A DNA stretch of 64,000 nt, taken from assembly GCA_042570405.1 (NCBI GenBank), contig JBHPGR010000004.1:4474-68473 (forward strand). The letters run 5' to 3'. Below the pieces are notes generated by a model. That model was given only the letters and a program-made list of their open reading frames with translations, was not told the origin of the DNA and did not search any database. Shown in pieces: positions 46,121-53,217 of this stretch. Within the stretch, counting starts at the first letter, position 1, and every line of letters begins with the position of its first letter. The stretch is from Candidatus Omnitrophota bacterium (GTDB lineage Bacteria > Omnitrophota > Gorgyraeia > Gygaellales > Profunditerraquicolaceae). The translations under genes and the position numbers were made by a program.

Positions 46121-46464
46121 TTCTTCTGAAATCCAAAAAGCATTCTTCCTATCTCATCGCACATCTCATTTAAGTTCTTGGAATCTCCTTCTTTAAGATA
46201 GCCTAAATCTTTGGCAAGCAGGATATGATATTTAGTCTCCTCTAAAGATCCGTCGGCTATACTGATAAAATATGCATACTCTTTTTTACTTTTCCTTTTA
46301 AAGCCTTCGACTACATTTGTCGGTATTGAGGCGGCTGACCTTCTTATGTTTGCTACAAGGCCGAATCTTTCTTCTCTTGGAAAATCTTTAGTGACTTTAT
46401 AAATCTCAAGAACCAATCCGTGTGCTTTTTGCCAAACCTTTAAATCCCTAAAAGTTTTTATCAT
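46099..46464 (-). CDS. Four-helix-bundle protein of the 23S rRNA intervening-sequence (IVS) protein family
   Basis: FRDLKVWQKAHGLVLEIYKVTKDFPREERFGLVANIRRSAASIPTNVVEGF.R.S.KEY..F..IA.GSL.E is the family signature. Confidence 0.8.
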   Translation of the reverse strand: MIKTFRDLKVWQKAHGLVLEIYKVTKDFPREERFGLVANIRRSAASIPTNVVEGFKRKSKKEYAYFISIADGSLEETKYHILLAKDLGYLKEGDSKNLNEMCDEIGRMLFGFQKKLTTYDL

Positions 46465-46470
46465 CTTTTT

Positions 46471-46501
46471 ACTTACGACTTACCACTTACGACTTACGAC
46501 T
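46471..46501. repeat. Heptamer array C (acttacg acttacc acttacg acttacg act), inverted partner of array B
   Basis: Read directly from the sequence. It overlaps the last codons (SRKS*) of the 46487-47560 gene. Confidence 0.85.
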
Positions 46502-47560
46502 CATCTCTTTAGCCGTCGCCTCAGCCAGCTGGCAATAATAGGGGACCGGCGCCTCTTGATCCCCAGTCTCTAGATACGCCCTTGCCGGGCAGTAATAACA
46601 GAGCGGCCGCAGGCGGCAGGTCCTGCATTTAGAATCAGTTTTAAAGCGCGCATTTAAAACTTGGGGAAATACCTTATAGAAGCCTTTTTTAAAGGATTGG
46701 ATCTTTAAATCAACGCTGAATCTATCGGATAAATCACAGAATCTTAACCGGCCGTAAGGATTGATAAAAAATTCCTGCCGCCAGGCAGTGCAGTTATAGA
46801 GGTAATCAGCTCTTCTTTTCAAGCGGGGAAACTTACAATCAAGGCTACTTTTATACTCCTCCCAAAAATCCGGGTCCTGCTTTTTTACTTTTAATATTTC
46901 GCTAAAGGACAGCCTGTAATTTGTAGGCGTTTTATCCCGGTTAAACTTAGGATAGATCAGCGGGTCGTATTTAAAATGATACTTGCCGTTTTGCTTACCT
47001 AAAAAATCATCAGCAAAGGCCTTGATCTTGCCGATCTCATGCTTGTTCTGCTTAAGGCAATTAGATTTCAGGATCAAAGGGAGTTTTTTCTCCTTTAAGG
47101 CCTGAATCGCCTTCATCGCTTTTAAAAAAGAGCCGGGAACCCGTGTAATCGATTCGTAGGTTTTTTTAGTGATACCATTTAAAGTGATCTCTATAGAAAA
47201 GGGGGGGAATTTTAGTAAAAAATCGATGACTTCGCTCGTCAATGCCTGAGCGTTAGTAAAAAGAGTGACCATAAAACCCTTTTTTTTGGCATAGGCATAA
47301 ATCTCTAAAAAATCATCTCTTACCAGCGGCTCTCCGCCGGTAAAGCATAAACTAAAGCATCCCTGTTTTTGCAGTAAATCAAGGATCCTTTTCCATTCGC
47401 TGGTACTTAATTCCTTTTCTTTTTCCTCCAGCCCTTTAGAATAGCAATGGATGCAGTTTAAGTTGCATCTATAGGTAAGCTCAATATGGCCGGAAAAAGG
47501 ATGGCTTTCTCTTTTATTCAGCAGCCGGTAAAAAAAACGGCCCGATTGTAGCTTTTTCAT
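46487..47560 (-). CDS. Radical SAM/SPASM domain peptide-maturase-like enzyme (paralog 1)
   Basis: YRCNLNCIHCY, and C-terminal CRTCRLRPLCYYCPARA. Confidence 0.8.
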   Translation of the reverse strand: MKKLQSGRFFYRLLNKRESHPFSGHIELTYRCNLNCIHCYSKGLEEKEKELSTSEWKRILDLLQKQGCFSLCFTGGEPLVRDDFLEIYAYAKKKGFMVTLFTNAQALTSEVIDFLLKFPPFSIEITLNGITKKTYESITRVPGSFLKAMKAIQALKEKKLPLILKSNCLKQNKHEIGKIKAFADDFLGKQNGKYHFKYDPLIYPKFNRDKTPTNYRLSFSEILKVKKQDPDFWEEYKSSLDCKFPRLKRRADYLYNCTAWRQEFFINPYGRLRFCDLSDRFSVDLKIQSFKKGFYKVFPQVLNARFKTDSKCRTCRLRPLCYYCPARAYLETGDQEAPVPYYCQLAEATAKEMSRKS

Positions 47561-47578
47561 TTCATACCGCTGATACTG

Positions 47579-47839
47579 CTAAGTTTGTGTCCCTGAGGAA
47601 ACTGCCAGATAGCCGACACTCCCTGAGCTGCCGCAGGCATCAATCAAGGTCCTCGCTGACTCCACACCAGGTTTTACAGCTTCCATACAATAAGTTGGTA
47701 AATTTAGAAATCTTCCTTTCCGGTTACCAGCCAGCCAAACCCAACCGTGATTTCCAAAACACTCACAGGCTAATACTGCCTGTTCAGGGTTAAGTCTTAT
47801 GCGGGCGATCTCTGGTCTAAATCTTGGTTTTCTTGGCAT
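47579..47839 (-). CDS. Candidate RiPP precursor peptide (86 aa, 4 Cys, Ser/Gly/Thr-rich C-terminal tail)
   Basis: It lies between the PqqD-like gene and the first SPASM maturase. It has a strong SD (AAGGAGGAGAA-ATG), no recognisable enzyme motifs, and the sequence MPRKPRFRPEIARIRLNPEQAVLACECFGNHGW...CGSSGSVGYLAVSSGTQT. Confidence 0.5.
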   Translation of the reverse strand: MPRKPRFRPEIARIRLNPEQAVLACECFGNHGWVWLAGNRKGRFLNLPTYCMEAVKPGVESARTLIDACGSSGSVGYLAVSSGTQT

Positions 47840-47856
47840 TTCTCCTCCTTTTTTTC

Positions 47857-47935
47857 AGTTGTAAGTCGTACGTCGTAAGTCGTAAGTAAAAGCAGATACA
47901 TACCACTTACGACTTACTACTTACCACTTACGACT
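47857..47935. repeat. Heptamer arrays D1/D2 forming a 31-bp imperfect hairpin with a 17-nt loop
   Basis: D1 is 47857-47887 (agt tgtaagt cgtacgt cgtaagt cgtaagt) and D2 is 47905-47935 (acttacg acttact acttacc acttacg act). 27 of 31 positions are complementary by hand alignment. Confidence 0.85.
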
Positions 47936-48216
47936 TAAACTACCGCTTTAATCTCTTTTAGGTCCTTAAGTAACTTTTCCAGCTCCTTATCCGCTTGCCT
48001 TGGCGTCGTGTCAAACTCCTTAAGCACCTGCTTCTTGACTTGGGATAGCGGTTTTTTCCCGTCAAACATCTCCCAGACGCGCGCTGCGACTTTATTCAGG
48101 GAATAGATACAGCTTATATCATCGGATGTCTTATAAATAGGCACCAGTATCCTTTCATCGCCGATTACGCGGGTGACCATATTAGGGTTTTTGCGAATTA
48201 CAGCACTTGCCTCCAT
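47935..48216 (-). CDS. PqqD-family peptide chaperone (RiPP recognition element)
   Basis: 93 aa with the PqqD pattern: RVIGDERILV...IYSLNKVAARVWEMFDGKKPLSQVKKQVLKEFD...ADKELEKLLKDL. Confidence 0.8.
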   Translation of the reverse strand: MEASAVIRKNPNMVTRVIGDERILVPIYKTSDDISCIYSLNKVAARVWEMFDGKKPLSQVKKQVLKEFDTTPRQADKELEKLLKDLKEIKAVV

Positions 48217-49697
48217 CAGTATTTACCTCCTTTCAGCTGTTTTTCCAAAATTAACATCTTCTTCTTAAGACTAATTAGCCTACTCTTCCCCTCTTGCTTT
48301 AAGTGTAATTTATTTAAGCGGTTTAATCGCCTTTTAAAGAATTTATAATGAATCCTTACATATTTGATCATTTCGTCTTTATCAGCAATCTTTCTGGAAA
48401 CCCGCAAAAGGCCGATCAGCGGTTCTAACGTGCCCCAACCTAATCTTAAGGTATCTTTGTAAAAAATAGCGGCTTGAGAAAATTCTCCCTCCTTTTCAAA
48501 AATTCTGCCTAAAAGATAGTAGCCTTCAGGGTCTAAAGGTACCCTTCGCCTGTAAGAAAGCAGCCTTTCTTTGGCGCTTTTAAAATCTCCTGAATTGAAT
48601 TCTGCCTTTGCCAGGTTGAATAAAACCTGCGGTTTTACTTTTTTAAATGCCCCATTATTACCGCAGTAGTTTAATGCTGAACCTAAGAGATTTTTTGCCT
48701 TCTTAAGTTCTCTTCTTCCTAAGGCAATCGTCCCTAAGCCTGAAAGCGCTCCGGGATTATTTTTATCTACCCTTAAAATCCGAAAGAACTCTTTTTGCGC
48801 CAAAGAAAACTTCCTGAGCGACAGATAAAGCGCTCCATAATTGTTATCCTGGCTGCGGTAGGCAGGGTTAAGCCTGGCGGCTTTCTGGTAGTAAGCCTTG
48901 CTTCCTGTTGATTCAAAGAGATTGAAATATTTTGCTGCGCGATGACTGATTGCAAGTCTGCCTTTGAATTTGGAGTGCGAGAAACAAGCAGCGACCTCAT
49001 CCCCTAGATACCTGTATTTCATCGGCGTGAAACCACCGTTGACTGAATAGGCGATGGTAGTAATCTTAGGGGATTTAATCTTTTTCTTGAGGATACTTGT
49101 TAAATCTTTTGGTGAAATCCAGACCCTTCTCTTGCTGATATTCCGGGTATTCTCTGCGCTCAAAAGGCTGTCAATCACTAGAAAATCAGTATCGATATCA
49201 AGGAGTACATCCCTGCCTAAAACTGGTAGACTATCCAGAGTGCAGACCACAAAATTCCTCCCCAGGCACCTCATAGAGATCGAATCATTACTACTTTCTT
49301 TTAAAATAACCTTGCCGTTATTCTGAGGCCTAGTTAATCTTTTTAGAGTATTTTTGATTATCTTCCGGGATTTTTTGAACTCCTTGGCGCCTCCGGGGAT
49401 AACCCAGTAAAAATTATTAACTATCCCCTCCTCCATCGCCGGGTAGATGTAATTGCCGATGTTAGTCTGTTTATTGAAATCCTTTTCGTAGTGTAAGAAA
49501 TTAAGCGAATGTTCTAATTTTGCCTTTAGCTCTTTAATACTTCTTGCTTCGCTGACAACCTTTTCTATTGGCCTGGCCGGATAAACCACAAAATCAATGT
49601 GGGCATCCAGGTGTACCAAATCTAACCCCAAAACCTTGTGTCTGCGCCAGATCTTTAGAACCTCATCGTGATCTTCTACCAGAAATACATTCTTCAT
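48216..49697 (-). CDS. UPF0489-like (arginase/deacetylase-fold-like) N-domain fused to TPR repeats
   Basis: N-terminal VFLVEDHDEVLKIWRR...LVHLDAHIDF resembles the UPF0489 signature. The C-terminal half has several TPR-like repeats (YYQKAARLNPAY, ALYLSLRKFSLAQKEF, LLGRIFEKEGEFSQAAIFYKDTL). Confidence 0.45.
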   Translation of the reverse strand: MKNVFLVEDHDEVLKIWRRHKVLGLDLVHLDAHIDFVVYPARPIEKVVSEARSIKELKAKLEHSLNFLHYEKDFNKQTNIGNYIYPAMEEGIVNNFYWVIPGGAKEFKKSRKIIKNTLKRLTRPQNNGKVILKESSNDSISMRCLGRNFVVCTLDSLPVLGRDVLLDIDTDFLVIDSLLSAENTRNISKRRVWISPKDLTSILKKKIKSPKITTIAYSVNGGFTPMKYRYLGDEVAACFSHSKFKGRLAISHRAAKYFNLFESTGSKAYYQKAARLNPAYRSQDNNYGALYLSLRKFSLAQKEFFRILRVDKNNPGALSGLGTIALGRRELKKAKNLLGSALNYCGNNGAFKKVKPQVLFNLAKAEFNSGDFKSAKERLLSYRRRVPLDPEGYYLLGRIFEKEGEFSQAAIFYKDTLRLGWGTLEPLIGLLRVSRKIADKDEMIKYVRIHYKFFKRRLNRLNKLHLKQEGKSRLISLKKKMLILEKQLKGGKY

Positions 49698-50125
49698 TTT
49701 CTTACAAATAAGAATTGATAGGCCTTAATGACCAAGCGCCATAAAGGCAAAATAAGTAAAATAATGCGATTGATCAACCTCTGCCCTACTCCATCAACAT
49801 AGGCTATCCTATTTTCTTTCATCACGCCGATGACCTTGCCTAAAACTCTCTCCTGATTTATGGCTTCCGGCTGACTCCAAGATGCATCTCCCCGGGTATA
49901 GATCGAACATTGGCCGTTTGATTTGCTCTTTCTGACCAGACGGTGGCAGACTAATGAGCTATTGGACCTATGCAATACCAGGTCTCCTACTTCCAATCGA
50001 GATAAAGGCGTTTTTTTAACAAGCAGTTTATCCCTTTCCTTTAGAAATGGCCACATGCTAAAACCCCGGGCCTCAAAAAAAGACAGGTCTTGAGCTTGCT
50101 CTGCAACTTTAATCGCCTGATCCAT
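49694..50125 (-). CDS. S24/S26-family (signal-peptidase-I/LexA-like) serine peptidase
   Basis: ARGFSMWPFLKERDKLLV (GxSMxP), GDLVLHRS, HRLV, RGDAS. Confidence 0.6.
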   Translation of the reverse strand: MDQAIKVAEQAQDLSFFEARGFSMWPFLKERDKLLVKKTPLSRLEVGDLVLHRSNSSLVCHRLVRKSKSNGQCSIYTRGDASWSQPEAINQERVLGKVIGVMKENRIAYVDGVGQRLINRIILLILPLWRLVIKAYQFLFVRK

Positions 50126-50151
50126 TTTTTTGCTCTAAGAAAATACCGAGG

Positions 50152-51303
50152 TTAAGATTTAAAAAAAATATGCACTAATCGCCTGTAATAATGGCCGCTG
50201 TTTATCTGGGATAAAGGAAGCGTGAGTTTATGCGCCATTATATCAGGCGGCGGAAAAACTGTCCTTGCGATAAATCTTAATTTGCCAAAAAACCATCCCT
50301 GCATCGAAAGATAGGTCAAATAGGAAAGCTTCTGCGAACGTATACCGCGGCTAATAAAATAACTGAGCATTCTCTCGAAGAGGCTGAAGTGAACCGGCCT
50401 TAGCCTATTTAAAGCAGGAATATCGTAATCCAGAAGCCTTGAGGTAAGCCTCAGGGAACAATACAAAATCTGGGACAGGTTAAAACGCTGCGCTTCCTGG
50501 ATCACCAGATCCCAATCAAGTTGTTCTTGATATGTCCTTAAAACCTGCGCAATATCATAGATCAGGATCAATCTTTTAAAGCCGTGGGCAAAAGCGTGTT
50601 GACAGAGGTAAATCAATTGGTGCTCGGGTAAAAGCTTCCAGGTATTGCTCCCCTCTATTTTCAATGGCAGGGCAGCAGACCAGATCCTTTGCATATCGAT
50701 TGCGCTCACCAGACGGCCCAGGGGCCAGGTAGTATTGATCAGGTGCCAGTGCAGATGGATGAAGAAAGTAGCGGTGCGGCCTCCTCCATAAACAAGGGTA
50801 TTGATAGAAGAATCAGGGGAACTGACAAGAGAATCTTCGTAGTTTGCCGGGGAAAGATATCCTAAGGAGATCAAAACTTGATTTGCCGCAGGAAGATCCT
50901 CTCTTCTAACCAGAATATCGATATCATCCATGGGGCGTAAGGCTATGTTGGGGTAAACCGTATGGGCTAAGGCTATGCCCTTAAGCAAAATTAGCTTGAT
51001 TCCTGCCTGGTTAAAGGCGCTTAAAAGCTTCTTTAATTGTTCACTCAGCAGGCTGTTGCGGGCAGCAACCGTATAATAAAAACTCTTCATTTGTTTCCGG
51101 GTCTCTTCAGGAATAAGGCGATCGGCTGACTCTATCCGGGAGAGATTATTAAAGGCTAGCGCAAGGACTCCCTCTCTGCGGGCCTGATTAAAAAAATAAG
51201 CCCAGTCTAACTCTGGGCCTATCTCTTCCACAAGGTGCTTAAGAGAATCCGGCGTAATATCAGCACTCGCCAGGCAGCGCAATAACCGGTCCTGATTCTG
51301 CAT
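50152..51303 (-). CDS. Uncharacterised nucleotidyltransferase family protein (NTP_transf_5-like)
   Basis: LLKGIALAHTVYPNIALRPMDDIDILVRREDLPAANQVLISLGY is the family core. Confidence 0.65.
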   Translation of the reverse strand: MQNQDRLLRCLASADITPDSLKHLVEEIGPELDWAYFFNQARREGVLALAFNNLSRIESADRLIPEETRKQMKSFYYTVAARNSLLSEQLKKLLSAFNQAGIKLILLKGIALAHTVYPNIALRPMDDIDILVRREDLPAANQVLISLGYLSPANYEDSLVSSPDSSINTLVYGGGRTATFFIHLHWHLINTTWPLGRLVSAIDMQRIWSAALPLKIEGSNTWKLLPEHQLIYLCQHAFAHGFKRLILIYDIAQVLRTYQEQLDWDLVIQEAQRFNLSQILYCSLRLTSRLLDYDIPALNRLRPVHFSLFERMLSYFISRGIRSQKLSYLTYLSMQGWFFGKLRFIARTVFPPPDIMAHKLTLPLSQINSGHYYRRLVHIFFKS

Positions 51304-51330
51304 ATTTATTTTCTATTATACGGTTATTAT

Positions 51331-52377
51331 CTATTCCTCTTTATCCTGCAGAATTTTTTCGATAGAGGCAGTGGGATTTTGGGCCAGGTCGACTACTTTG
51401 GCATCTTTTAACTTACGGCCATAGATATCATGAGTCAATTCGACCACCGGCCTCATAGAATTTACAAGATTTCTGCCTATAATTCTGCCTCTCTCTCCTG
51501 AAGTCAGTTTCACATGGGTGCCGAGGCAATACGGACAGCCGAACCGCTGGATCAGGATCTTGATTATATCTTTGGCAAAGTCGGTCTTTTCCTTTAACAG
51601 CTGCCTAAGAGATTCCAGCGGATCGATCCTTCCCCGATAGGGCCTGGCATGAGTCATTGCCTCGAATACGTCCGAGATCCCGATTATCTGGGCGAATTTA
51701 TCTATATTGCTGCCCTTTAAACCGCGGGGATAACCGGAGCCTCTGAGCCTCTCATGCTCCTGGGCGACGATAGCAGAAAATCTTTTATCTATGTTTTTAA
51801 ACTTCTGCAGGATCTGGGCGCTGAGTGCGGGGTGATTCTTTATCTGATCATATTCTTCGGCGGTGAGGATACCCTTTTTGGAATATATCCCGCGGAATTT
51901 CACCATGCCGATATCATGCAGGATCGCTACTGTGGCTAATTCGATCATTTGCCCGCGCTCTAACTTCAGGCCGATGCCTATCTCGATACTGATAATGCAT
52001 ACATTTACCACATGCTCATATATGTAGTTGTTGGCTTCATCCTTTTGATCTGTGATAAACTTAAGGATATTATCATTTGCAAGCAGCTGCTGATCGACAA
52101 ACTTCTCTACGCAGGCCGTGATCCTTCCTACCCCGTCAATAAGCTCCTGGTTATTTTGCGCCCGGTCATAGATATCCTTTACCAGGGCCAGGGCATCTGC
52201 GTATAACTTCAGGCACTGCTCTGAATCGAATGACCTGACCCCCATTGATACAAATTTAGAGACCTCGATCCCGCCCTCTGCCTGCTGATCCTGCTTAGGC
52301 GAAGCAGAATCACCTGAGCCCGGCTGATCTACCGGGTCAGTATTATCTTTATTTAATATATCCGATATGCTAACCAC
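51331..52377 (-). CDS. HD-GYP domain protein (putative c-di-GMP phosphodiesterase)
   Basis: HDIGM, EHERLRGSGYPRGL (HHExxDGxGYP-like) and ISDVFEAMTHARPYR. Confidence 0.75.
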   Translation of the reverse strand: MVSISDILNKDNTDPVDQPGSGDSASPKQDQQAEGGIEVSKFVSMGVRSFDSEQCLKLYADALALVKDIYDRAQNNQELIDGVGRITACVEKFVDQQLLANDNILKFITDQKDEANNYIYEHVVNVCIISIEIGIGLKLERGQMIELATVAILHDIGMVKFRGIYSKKGILTAEEYDQIKNHPALSAQILQKFKNIDKRFSAIVAQEHERLRGSGYPRGLKGSNIDKFAQIIGISDVFEAMTHARPYRGRIDPLESLRQLLKEKTDFAKDIIKILIQRFGCPYCLGTHVKLTSGERGRIIGRNLVNSMRPVVELTHDIYGRKLKDAKVVDLAQNPTASIEKILQDKEE

Positions 52378-53215
52378 TGGCCAGGGCCTCTTCTTCTAGG
52401 TCTGTCTCTAGCGGTGACTCTTCCATGTCCTGCGCGACTTTCCAGATCACCTCTTGAGTGATCCGCTCCTTCTTCTCTCCGTAGCCCACCAACAAAGCCA
52501 TATCACAGATATTATTTATCCTGCGGGGAATACCTGCTGAAAACCTGTAGATCTCGCCAAAGGAATCCTCGGAGAATATCTCCTCCTGCGCCCCGGCTAC
52601 CAAGAGGCGGTGCTGGACATAAGCCTTTACCTGGTCTGCGGCAAGGCCGATGAGATGATACCTGATCGCCAGCCTCTGCCTTAACTGAGGCATCTTATTT
52701 ATCCTCTCTCTTAATTCAGGCTGACCTAAAAGTATCAGGCTCAAAAGGAAACTTTCGTCCAATTGAAAGTTTAAGAGCAGGCGTAATTCCTCGAAGCTCT
52801 CCTCTGATAGCGATTGCGATTCATCTACCATGATCACGGTGCTTTTGTTCTCACTCCTGTTCCTGATCAGGACATCATTCAGGTAATGCAGTAAATCGAT
52901 CTTGGAAGATAAAAAAGAGGCATCCCTGCCCAACTGATAAATGATCTCCTTGATCAGCTCCAGCGGCGGAAGGGTAGGATTAAAGACCAGTGCGGTCTTA
53001 TATTGCTCCCTAGAAAGCTCCTTCAGGAGTACCCGGCTAAGAAGAGTCTTTCCGCTGCCGTATTCTCCGGTCAGGACAGCTCCGCCCTTTTGCTCCCGCA
53101 CTACGTAAAGCATCCTCGAGAGCGCCTCATCGTGTTTTTTGGAATGATAGATGAAACGCGGGTTAGGAGCATTTTCAAAGGGCTTCTCCAGCAACTTCCA
53201 GTATTCTCTATACAT
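52370..53215 (-). CDS. ExeA/MshM-like AAA ATPase (T2SS protein A / PEP-CTERM-locus ATPase type)
   Basis: FENAPNPRFIYHSKKHDEAL..., Walker A GEYGSGKT, Walker B VIMVDESQ, and LILLGQPEL. Confidence 0.75.
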   Translation of the reverse strand: MYREYWKLLEKPFENAPNPRFIYHSKKHDEALSRMLYVVREQKGGAVLTGEYGSGKTLLSRVLLKELSREQYKTALVFNPTLPPLELIKEIIYQLGRDASFLSSKIDLLHYLNDVLIRNRSENKSTVIMVDESQSLSEESFEELRLLLNFQLDESFLLSLILLGQPELRERINKMPQLRQRLAIRYHLIGLAADQVKAYVQHRLLVAGAQEEIFSEDSFGEIYRFSAGIPRRINNICDMALLVGYGEKKERITQEVIWKVAQDMEESPLETDLEEEALASG

Positions 53216-53217
53216 GG

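Noticed and set aside
46099-46464. Four-helix-bundle protein as the Avd component of a diversity-generating retroelement
   Set aside because: The window contains no reverse transcriptase ORF and no template/variable repeat pair with adenine-specific differences. The only long near-identical repeat is the DedA block.
45015-47935. Could the short tandem repeat arrays be a CRISPR array?
   Set aside because: The repeat unit is only 7 nt, the copies are contiguous with no spacers, the arrays occur as inverted pairs overlapping gene ends, and no cas genes are present.
39606-51303. Calling the cassette a lasso-peptide cluster
   Set aside because: PqqD, an HprK-like protein, a nucleotidyltransferase and an ABC exporter are present. 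The defining asparagine-synthetase-like cyclase and transglutaminase-fold protease are absent, and three SPASM rSAMs are present instead.
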